From contig JAITGD010000140.1 of assembly GCA_031280885.1 (NCBI GenBank), forward strand, positions 1,123-65,122: a stretch of DNA of 64,000 bases, read 5' to 3'. This document shows, one piece after another, positions 56,631 through 64,000 of this stretch. The stretch's first letter is position 1. Each line of letters starts with the position of its first letter. The notes beneath the pieces were generated by a model that had not been told where the DNA came from, made no database searches, and saw only the letters and a list, made by a program, of their open reading frames with translations. Made by a program: the position numbers and the translations under genes. This DNA is from Prevotellaceae bacterium (GTDB lineage Bacteria > Bacteroidota > Bacteroidia > Bacteroidales > UBA932).

Positions 56631-56792
56631 TGAGAATCAGTAAACAAGAATAAAGAACCAAGACACTACGCGAGCTGGTTTGATGAAAAGACCTGCATCA
56701 TTTACAATGCAAAACGAGAGTCAATCCAGCCTGCGTAGCGTCCTGATTCTTGGTTCTTGAAATCCTGAATCTCTCTTAATTCATAATTCTTA
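56631..56792. repeat. Nested palindromic element (copy E11)
   Basis: The sequence reads AAGAACCAAGACACTACGCGAGCTGGTTTGATG ... CCAGCCTGCGTAGCGTCCTGATTCTTGGTTCTTGAAATCCTGAATC, followed by CTCTTAATTCATAATTC. Confidence 0.85.
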
Positions 56793-56868
56793 CTGTCTGT
56801 TTTAATCATTGAAACAGAGGTTTAATAAAAAATTGCAAAAATTTTTGCTAAGGAATAATAATTATATC

Positions 56869-56876
56869 TACCTTTG
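56869..56876 (+). promoter_or_regulatory. -7 box TACCTTTG
   Basis: This is a perfect match 68 nt upstream of the ATG at 56944. Confidence 0.45.
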
Positions 56877-56943
56877 TAGCGAATATCAGCATAGGATAAC
56901 AGATGTTCTCTATGTGCATTATCAGACAATAACGTGATTAATA

Positions 56944-58116
56944 ATGATTATAAAAGAAGCTACTCGACTTGGAAGTGTTCAGGAGTACTACTTCTCGGGT
57001 AAAAACCGCCAAATAGCGGCGATGAATCTTAATGGAGAAAAGGTTATAAATCTGGGAATAGGCAGCCCCGACCTTAAACCCTCCGACGAAACTATAGATG
57101 TGCTGTACGCTATCGCACAGAAGGATGATACTCATGGTTATCAGCCATACAGAGGCGATTCTGCTCTTCGACAGGAGATAGCTACATGGTATGCCGATAC
57201 TTTCAAAGTGGCCTGCCTTCCTGACGAAGAGGTACTTCCCTTGGCGGGATCTAAGGAAGGAATCATGCACATCAGCATGGCCTTTATTAATCAGGGAGAT
57301 GAGGTCTTGGTACCCGACCCTGGTTATCCGACCTATTCGTCGGCAACGCTTCTTGCCGGAGGCAAAGTGCGTAATTATAAGTTAAAAGAAAGCCTTGCTT
57401 GGCAAATTGATTTCGAGGAATTGGAAGCGCAGGATCTATCGAAAGTAAAGATCATGTGGACCTGCTTTCCCAATATGCCCACAGGCGCCAGAGCTACAGA
57501 CGAAACCTATCTAAGGTTGATTGCGCTGGCAAAGAAGAATAGCTTTCTGATAGTGAACGACAATCCATATAGCTTGGTGCTTAACACTGAATACAAGAGT
57601 ATTCTGTATTATCCCGGCGGCTTCGATGTGGCTGTGGAACTAAATTCTTTAAGCAAGTCGCACAATATGGCCGGTTGGCGTGTTGGCTGGATGTTAGGGC
57701 GTAAAGCCTATATCGATGCTGTGGTAAAATTCAAAAGCAACATGGATTCGGGAATCTTCCTCGGCATCCAAAGGGCTGCTGTTGAGGCTTTGCAGAACGC
57801 TCCCGAATGGCACCTTAAACGTAATGAGACTTATTCGCTACGTCGCAAGCTCGCCGAGCAGTTAGCTAAGAGGTTGAATTTGAGCTTCGACGAATCGCAA
57901 GTAGGTTTGTTTCTCTGGTGCAAGATACCCGACAGCGTAGAATCGGGCGAGGCCGTGAGCGACATCCTTTTAGAGAAAGCGCGAGTATTCATTACGCCCG
58001 GTTTCGTCTTCGGAAGCACGGGCGAGAGATATGTACGTATCTCATTATGTACGCATCACGACAATTACATGGAAGCTATACGTCGCTTAGACAAAGCAAA
58101 AATAGAATTTAAATGA
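56944..58116 (+). CDS. Class I/II PLP-dependent aminotransferase
   Basis: Motifs NLGIGSPDL, GYQPY.G and NDNPY are present, and the PLP-lysine motif is SLSKSHNMAGWRVGW. Confidence 0.8.
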   Translation: MIIKEATRLGSVQEYYFSGKNRQIAAMNLNGEKVINLGIGSPDLKPSDETIDVLYAIAQKDDTHGYQPYRGDSALRQEIATWYADTFKVACLPDEEVLPLAGSKEGIMHISMAFINQGDEVLVPDPGYPTYSSATLLAGGKVRNYKLKESLAWQIDFEELEAQDLSKVKIMWTCFPNMPTGARATDETYLRLIALAKKNSFLIVNDNPYSLVLNTEYKSILYYPGGFDVAVELNSLSKSHNMAGWRVGWMLGRKAYIDAVVKFKSNMDSGIFLGIQRAAVEALQNAPEWHLKRNETYSLRRKLAEQLAKRLNLSFDESQVGLFLWCKIPDSVESGEAVSDILLEKARVFITPGFVFGSTGERYVRISLCTHHDNYMEAIRRLDKAKIEFK

Positions 58117-61100
58117 GATTTAAAAGTTCACATAAACTATCCTTTGTTATATTTCTGGGACTGACGTCGGCAGCGCTTAGGGCTGAACCACTGTGGCTTC
58201 GCTATCCGGCTATCTCGCCCGACGGAAAGCAGATTGCCTTCACCTATCGCGGCGATATATATAAGGTATCAGCCGCAGGCGGCGAAGCAAAGCAAATCAC
58301 TGTTCACGAGGGATATGAGTATATGCCTGTGTGGTCGCCCGACGGAAAACACATAGCCTTTGCAAGCGACCGTAACGGAAACTTCGACCTTTATACCGTA
58401 CCGTCGGAAGGCGGACAGTGGCAACGACTTACGACCTGGTCGGGAAGCGAGTCGCCATATAGTTTCACGCCCGACGGGAAGCGAGTGGTGTATAGCGCTA
58501 AAATACAGGCGCCGGCCATGAGCGCAGCCTTCCCTTCGGGGGTGATGAGCGAACTTTACAGCGTAAGCACGGACGGAAAGGGTCGTCCCGAACAATTTCT
58601 GGCTACACCTGCCGAAAATGTATCTTTCACATCCGACGGAAATCTGATGGTATATCAGGATAGAAAAGGACAGGAAGACCGTTTTCGCAAACATCATAAA
58701 TCCTCGGTAACGCGCAATATCATGCTCTATAACATTAAAACAGGGAAGCATACAGAGCTGGTTGGCGATGCCGGGGAAGACACAAATCCGGTGTTTACTG
58801 CCGACGGAACGCAGATATATTTCTTGAGCGAAAGATCAGGCATTTATAATGTGTACTCCTTTGACCTTCAACAAGCGGATAAGATACGTCAGCATACTGA
58901 TTTCAAGACCCATCCTGTACGTTTCCTGAGTTTGGCGCAGAACGGAACAATGTGTTTTTCGTTCGACGGGGAACTTTACACCCAAGAGCAAGGAGGTAAA
59001 GCAAAGAAAGTCAAAGTGATGATAAACGATTCCGATAAATCCAACGGATTGCTGCATCTTAATAACAAGAACAACTGGGGCAAGGCGGTCTCGTCAGATG
59101 GACGACAAGTGGCTGTAACAATGCGCGGTGAAATCTTCGTTACCTCTACCGAATACAAATACAGCAAACGTATAACTTCGACCTCCGCTCAAGAGGAGTG
59201 GCCATCCTTCTCACCGGATGGGAAAACTCTGGCTTATGCTTCGGAACGCGAAGGAGTTTGGAATATATACACAGCCAAACTCTTGCGTAGCGACGAACAG
59301 TATTTCTTTAATGCGACATCCATAAAGGAAGAGCCTCTCTTTGAACGATCATCAACAGAAAGGATGATCCCGAAATTCTCGCCCGACGGTACCGAACTTG
59401 CCTATATCGAAGACCGTAACAAGCTCATGGTCTATAATTTCGCTACACGTAAAACACGCCGGATTACCGACGGAAGCTATAATCCCGACTCGTCGGGAAA
59501 CATCGATTACGAATGGTCGCCCGACGGACAATGGTTCGCTCTGGTTTATGTGCCGAACAAACACATGCCATATTCCGACATAGGCTTAGTAAGCTCGAAG
59601 GGAGGCAACATAACCAACCTCACCGGCAGCGGCTATACCGATGCTAATCCTCGCTGGGTACTCGATGGCAACGCAATTTTGTTTCGCTCCGAGCGTTACG
59701 GAATGAGAAATCATGCTTCCTGGGGATCGCTCAACGATGCTATGCTGATCTTCATGAACCGGAAATCATACGACCGCTTTATGCTTAGTGATGATGACTT
59801 CAAACTACTTAAAGACAGCGAGAAAGATCAGAACAAAGCTAAGGATGAAACTAAATCGGAACAAGAAGATAAAGATAAAAAAGACAAGAATACGAAGGAC
59901 CAGAAAGCAGGAGGAAATTCTCGCAGCAAACCTTCCGACAGCATAGTTATGGAATTGGAGAACATCCTTACTCGTACCATACGGCTAACCCCCTCTTCCT
60001 CGCAAATGGGCGACGCTCTGCTCAATAAGGACGGCAGCAAACTCTACTACCTTGCATCCTTTGAAAAGGGATACGACCTGTGGTCGATAAATTGCCGGAC
60101 AAAAGAAACTAAACTCGAAGTAAAAGAGGCCGGTAGCGCTCCTCTCTACCTCGATAAGGAGGGAAAGAACCTCTTTCTCTTGGGACGAGCAATGCAAAAA
60201 ATCACATTATCAGACAATAAGAAAACAACAATAAACTGCCGCGCAGAGATGACCGTGAATCTTGCCGAAGAACGTCAATATATGTATGACCATGTTTGCC
60301 GTCAGGAAGAAAAGAGATTCTACACAGTCGATATGCACGGAGTCGATTGGCCGCTGATGAAGAAAGCTTACGCGCGCTTCTTGCCTTATATTGATAATAA
60401 TTACGACTTTGCAGAGCTTCTTAGCGAACTTCTGGGCGAACTCAACGTGTCGCACACAGGCGGACGCTATAAGCCGACTCCGGAAGATCCCGATGCTACT
60501 GCTCAATTAGGGCTGTTTTTCAACTGGGACTATAAGGGCGATGGCCTGCTGGTAGATGAAATACTGGAACTTGGCCCCTTCGACAAGGCCGCTTCCGACA
60601 TGAGGCGAGGCTGCATTGTGGAAGCAATCGACGGCGAAAAAGTGCTGGCCGACAGAGACTACTTCGCCCTGCTCAATAGAAAAGCCGGCCAAAATACCCT
60701 GATCAGTTTCCGTAATAAAGAAACAGGAAAAGTGAGCGAAGAAGTGGTCAAACCCATCAGTATATCGCAACAGAACTCCTTGTTATACAAGCGCTGGGTC
60801 AAGCAGAGAGAGAAGGATGTGGACAAGCTTTCGGGTGGACAGTTAGGCTATGTGCACATCGAAAGCATGGGAGACCCAAGCTTCCGCACCATCTATTCCG
60901 ACATACTTGGACGCTTTAACTCAAAGAAAGGCATAGTGATAGATACCCGCTTCAACGGCGGAGGGCGCTTGCACGAGGACATAGAAGTGCTATTCAGCGG
61001 ACAAAAGTATTTTACGCAGGTGATACGCGGACAAGAAGCCTGCGATATGCCAAGTCGCCGATGGAACAAACCATCGATAATGATAACCGGCGAAGCTAAC

Positions 61101-61385
61101 TACTCTAACGCTCACGGAACTCCATGGGTATATCGACATACGGGAACAGGCAAAATCGTCGGTATGCCGGTGCCGGGAACCATGACCAGCGTATCGTGGG
61201 AAACACTTCAGGACAATACCTTAGTCTTTGGAATTCCCATAGTTGGATACCGCCTGCCGGATGGCTCATACTTGGAAAACGCTCAGCTCGAACCGGATAT
61301 AAAGATCAGCAATAAACCCGAATCGCTGATCGGAGGAAAAGACGAACAGCTTGAACGCGCAGTAAAAGAACTCCTTAAATTATGA
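58113..61385 (+). CDS. Tricorn-protease-like S41 peptidase with N-terminal PD40/TolB-type beta-propellers
   Basis: PD40 repeats recur (SPDGKQIAF, SPDGKHIAFASDRNGNFDLY, SPDGKTLAYASEREGVWNIY, SPDGTELAY, SPDGQWFAL). The C-terminal S41-like region reads GYVHIESM..., DTRFNGGG. The ATGA overlaps the upstream gene. Confidence 0.8.
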   Translation: MRFKSSHKLSFVIFLGLTSAALRAEPLWLRYPAISPDGKQIAFTYRGDIYKVSAAGGEAKQITVHEGYEYMPVWSPDGKHIAFASDRNGNFDLYTVPSEGGQWQRLTTWSGSESPYSFTPDGKRVVYSAKIQAPAMSAAFPSGVMSELYSVSTDGKGRPEQFLATPAENVSFTSDGNLMVYQDRKGQEDRFRKHHKSSVTRNIMLYNIKTGKHTELVGDAGEDTNPVFTADGTQIYFLSERSGIYNVYSFDLQQADKIRQHTDFKTHPVRFLSLAQNGTMCFSFDGELYTQEQGGKAKKVKVMINDSDKSNGLLHLNNKNNWGKAVSSDGRQVAVTMRGEIFVTSTEYKYSKRITSTSAQEEWPSFSPDGKTLAYASEREGVWNIYTAKLLRSDEQYFFNATSIKEEPLFERSSTERMIPKFSPDGTELAYIEDRNKLMVYNFATRKTRRITDGSYNPDSSGNIDYEWSPDGQWFALVYVPNKHMPYSDIGLVSSKGGNITNLTGSGYTDANPRWVLDGNAILFRSERYGMRNHASWGSLNDAMLIFMNRKSYDRFMLSDDDFKLLKDSEKDQNKAKDETKSEQEDKDKKDKNTKDQKAGGNSRSKPSDSIVMELENILTRTIRLTPSSSQMGDALLNKDGSKLYYLASFEKGYDLWSINCRTKETKLEVKEAGSAPLYLDKEGKNLFLLGRAMQKITLSDNKKTTINCRAEMTVNLAEERQYMYDHVCRQEEKRFYTVDMHGVDWPLMKKAYARFLPYIDNNYDFAELLSELLGELNVSHTGGRYKPTPEDPDATAQLGLFFNWDYKGDGLLVDEILELGPFDKAASDMRRGCIVEAIDGEKVLADRDYFALLNRKAGQNTLISFRNKETGKVSEEVVKPISISQQNSLLYKRWVKQREKDVDKLSGGQLGYVHIESMGDPSFRTIYSDILGRFNSKKGIVIDTRFNGGGRLHEDIEVLFSGQKYFTQVIRGQEACDMPSRRWNKPSIMITGEANYSNAHGTPWVYRHTGTGKIVGMPVPGTMTSVSWETLQDNTLVFGIPIVGYRLPDGSYLENAQLEPDIKISNKPESLIGGKDEQLERAVKELLKL

Positions 61386-61462
61386 ATCGTGAATCGTGAA
61401 TTATAAAAAAGCATAATTGAAAAGCTGATGAATAAGAACGAAACATATATTATAAGCAAACA

Positions 61463-61960
61463 GCGTCGGAGTAGCAACGTGTTATTTGATTTAGATTGTC
61501 ATAGGATCAGAATGTTTTTTAGTTTTTGCTTCTCCGGCGCTTTATCATCAAAAGGAAATAAACCCTTGAATTATAATTATATTAAATTAATGACAAGATG
61601 GCGTCAGGACTTCAAGACTGGTGTAAACTTAGATGACATCTCACCCTCTGAACTATGCTTTTCGTCTTATCCTGACGCTTTTCTGCAAACGATAGATCCT
61701 CAGGGAAATCCACAAACGATAACCCTTAAAAATACCCCGCGTCAGAGCCCTCGTTTAGTCAAAGAAATTCTTTATTTTGTCATAGTTTTGCAAGCTTGTT
61801 TGACTGGCTCTGACGCTTTTCTAAAACCATTCAAACTGCTCTTGAAGCAGAATATAATACGAATTAAAAACACATGGCATCAGGCTTAGTAGTCGTAAGA
61901 TCTTATCACTCATAACAAAAACTGTTTTTAAATTAAACATTGCTAACCTGATGCCTTTTT
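61463..61960 (+). repeat. Four tandem hairpin units of about 138 bp in a 597-bp non-coding gap
   Basis: The stems are GCGTCGGAG/CTCCGGCGC (61463-61540), GCGTCAGGA/TCCTGACGC (61601-61678), GCGTCAGAGCC/GGCTCTGACGC (61739-61816) and GGCATCAGG/CCTGATGCC (61876-61955). Each encloses about 60 nt, and units 2-4 are followed by a T-run (TTTTCT, TTTTCT, TTTTT). The spacings are 138, 138 and 137 nt. Confidence 0.7.
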
Positions 61961-61982
61961 AGTTTGATACCAATTAGAACAA

Positions 61983-63251
61983 ATGTACAGCATACTTTTA
62001 TTTATAACCTACGGTTTACTGTGGCTTGCCTCGCCATTCAGTAAGAAAATACGCGCCTGGCTGACCATGCGCAACGGCACTATCAAAACCTTAGCAGCTT
62101 CGCTATCAAAAGAAAACCAGCCAATTGTGTGGCTGCACTGCGCTTCGCTGGGCGAGTTTGAACAAGGACGACCTATACTCGAAGCCTTTCTGCAACGACA
62201 TCCGCAGTATAAAGCCCTGATTACCTTATATTCTACTTCGGGATACGAACAAGTTAAGAAATACCATAGCGCCCATTATCTGGCTCTGCTTCCGCTCGAT
62301 ACCTGTTTCAATGCCCGTCGATTCGTAAAAACAGTAAAACCTCAAATGACGCTCTGGATACGCTACGAATTTTGGAGTAACCATCTGAAAGAGCTGAAAC
62401 GCAATGACTATCCTTGTTATCTGATCTCGGCTACCTTCCGTAAAAGGCAAATATTTTTCTACCCATGGGGATGGTTCTTCCGTGCTATACTTCGCTGTTT
62501 CAACCATATCTTCGTGCAGAACGAGGCATCGCAGGAACTACTCGCGAAAATAAACATAGCCTCGACCGTAACCGGCGACACTCGCTTCGACCGTGTTATA
62601 GAAATCGCCGCTCGCAGCAAGGACTATCCCACAGTGGCGCAGTTTGCCGAAGGCGGAAAAACCCTTATCGCAGGAAGCTCATGGCCCAGCGACGAGCGCG
62701 TACTCGCAGAGGTGATGAGGGAATTTCCTGATGTTAAGTTAATTATGGTGCCGCACGAAATCGATGAGGCTCATATCGCCGAAATTGAACAGCGCTTTAC
62801 CTATCGACGTACCATACGCTATACCGAAGCCGAGGGGAAGGACATGAAACAATATGACCTGATGATAATAAATACCATTGGAATGCTCTCGTCCATTTAC
62901 CGTTACGCACAGGTAGCCTACATAGGTTGCGGCTTCGACGATGGGATACACAATATCTCGGAAGCAGCCGTTTACGGCATACCCGTAGTGTTTGCGCCTA
63001 ACTATCATAAATTCGAGGAAGCCAACGACTTGGTAGCCATGAAAGGCGCTCTCGTTATACGCAACGCCGAAGAGCTGATAGCTGTAATTCGCTCGCTTTA
63101 TACTGACGAAAATCGCCGACAGCTTCTTGGCAAAATATGTAAGGACTATATCTTTGCCAACTCCGGCACCTCAGAGAAGAGCCTGAATAAAATCGACGCC
63201 GAAAGCAATTATTCTCATAACGAGCCGAAAGCCGAAAGCCGAAGGCAGTAA
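61983..63251 (+). CDS. waaA: 3-deoxy-D-manno-octulosonic acid (Kdo) transferase
   Basis: It has an N-terminal TM segment and the motifs VWLHCASLGEFEQGRPILEAF, PHE and ISEAAVYGIPVVFAPNYHKFEEA. The last residues (AESRRQ) lie in repeat E12. Confidence 0.85.
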   Translation: MYSILLFITYGLLWLASPFSKKIRAWLTMRNGTIKTLAASLSKENQPIVWLHCASLGEFEQGRPILEAFLQRHPQYKALITLYSTSGYEQVKKYHSAHYLALLPLDTCFNARRFVKTVKPQMTLWIRYEFWSNHLKELKRNDYPCYLISATFRKRQIFFYPWGWFFRAILRCFNHIFVQNEASQELLAKINIASTVTGDTRFDRVIEIAARSKDYPTVAQFAEGGKTLIAGSSWPSDERVLAEVMREFPDVKLIMVPHEIDEAHIAEIEQRFTYRRTIRYTEAEGKDMKQYDLMIINTIGMLSSIYRYAQVAYIGCGFDDGIHNISEAAVYGIPVVFAPNYHKFEEANDLVAMKGALVIRNAEELIAVIRSLYTDENRRQLLGKICKDYIFANSGTSEKSLNKIDAESNYSHNEPKAESRRQ

Positions 63252-63456
63252 GCACGAACGCAGAAAAGCCGAAGGCAGAAGGCACAAAAGCAGAAAGGCG
63301 GAAGGCAGAAAGCACAAAAGCAGAAAGGCAGAAGGCAGAAAGCAAGATGGTATGTTTGCTTTCTGCCTTTCTGCTTTTCTGCCTTCTGCCTTTCTGCTTT
63401 CTGCTTTTCTGCTTTCGTACATTCTTGCTTTTCAGCCTATTGCCTTCTGCTTTCGG
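63221..63456. repeat. Nested palindromic element (copy E12) with GCCGAAR/GCAGAAR heptamer arms
   Basis: The left arm is GCCGAAAGCCGAAAGCCGAAGGCAG...(GCAGAAR-type units, about 16). The right arm is (GCyTTTCT/GCCTTCT)n...GCCTTCTGCTTTCGGC. It contains the stop codons of both convergent flanking genes. Confidence 0.9.
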
Positions 63457-64000
63457 CGAATAAGTCGGAATGGTATTCAAGCAAGCCTGCCAACGGCGAC
63501 TGGTGAACTGCACCCAGCTGTAATCCCTTACGTGAGAGGACTTTTTCGAGGCTGGATCGGAAGATATATGCAATGCTGCCGGTAAAATGTATTGGAAGCA
63601 TCTTCGATTCCGGATAAAGCAGGATGTTCCTCTCGACGAAAGCATTAAAACCCTCGTCCACTAAGGCTGATATTTCGGAGCATTGGATATGCTTGGCGAT
63701 AAAGTGCGTAAAACCAGCAAGGTATCTGTTAGGTAAAGGTCTGCGATATACGCTTTCTTGGATATCCTCTTTTGAAGCATTGTACTGTCGTTCAAAATCA
63801 TCTCTTATATAACCCGGAAGCATCCCTCGCAGAAGGTCGGCCAGCAGGCGACGTCCAAGAAAAGCGCCACTGCCTTCGTCGCCCAGAATGAAGCCCAAGG
63901 GAGGGATATTGCTTACGATCTTCTCACCATCATAATAACATGAATTGGAGCCTGTTCCAAGGATACAGGCTATCCCCTCGCTATGGCCGCACAGGGCGCG
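63437..64000 (-). CDS. BadF/BadG/BcrA/BcrD-type ATPase (N-acetylglucosamine-kinase-like). The 5' end lies outside the window.
   Basis: The motifs are GFILGDEGSGAFLGRRLL and, upstream in the same frame to nt 64000, ...GIACILGTGSNSCYYDG. The Met at 63898 in the track is internal. Confidence 0.75.
   Translation of the reverse strand, partial: RALCGHSEGIACILGTGSNSCYYDGEKIVSNIPPLGFILGDEGSGAFLGRRLLADLLRGMLPGYIRDDFERQYNASKEDIQESVYRRPLPNRYLAGFTHFIAKHIQCSEISALVDEGFNAFVERNILLYPESKMLPIHFTGSIAYIFRSSLEKVLSRKGLQLGAVHQSPLAGLLEYHSDLFAESRRQ

Noticed and set aside
61428-61889. 153-aa ORF in the gap between the protease and waaA.
   Set aside because: The region is AT-rich and the ORF has no recognisable motif or promoter box. 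It spans the regularly spaced hairpin units, so a structured non-coding interpretation fits better. A small real gene cannot be fully excluded.
63055-63645. Minus-strand 196-aa ORF, plus small ORFs at 63171-63422, 63352-63585, 10566-10880 and 34920-35249.
   Set aside because: These are translations of the heptamer palindromes (SAF/LLP/KAE periodic peptides) and overlap genuine gene ends.

Overview
This is a 64-kb chromosomal window from a Bacteroidota (Bacteroidia-like) genome. The supporting signals are TAnnTTTG -7 promoter boxes 20-70 nt upstream of many starts, BACON-domain lipoproteins with Cys lipoboxes, a Bacteroides-type ECF sigma factor, and the T9SS/gliding genes porV and gldH. I can support about 35 protein genes and one tRNA-Pro(CGG). 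No rRNA, CRISPR array, transposase or prophage gene is visible.

About one third of the window (2990-25657) is a single locus. Two giant paralogous secreted proteins (2,554 and 4,619 aa) flank a sigma-70/ECF-type gene that has no anti-sigma partner. Both giants contain FG-GAP propellers, cadherin-like 'VL.ND' domains and CARDB-like domains. The larger one also carries six tandem parallel-beta-helix modules. The two share a C-terminal module of about 200 aa that does not look like a canonical T9SS CTD. This locus is my best candidate for an undescribed system.

The rest is mostly housekeeping: lptF/G-like, hpt, adk, eno, amidase, mltG, htpG, pyrD, folP, M23 peptidase, PSP1, recA, prmC, xerD, lolA-like, aminotransferase, tricorn-like protease, waaA and a GlcNAc-kinase-like gene. 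There are also glycan-related genes (a GH127-DUF2264 fusion and a glutaminase-like protein) and an accessory cluster of three lipoproteins (BACON, BACON plus plant-type LRR).

The non-coding DNA is unusual. At least 12 intergenic regions carry members of one family of nested palindromic elements. These are built around a GCTACGCAGGCTGG / CCAGNCTGCGTAGC core and flanked by arrays of 7-8-nt tandem repeats in inverted orientation. Several of them supply the stop codon and last residues of adjacent genes. A 42-bp tandem array and a four-unit array of hairpins with a period of about 138 bp are also present.

All functional calls come from motif recognition by eye. No database search was run.
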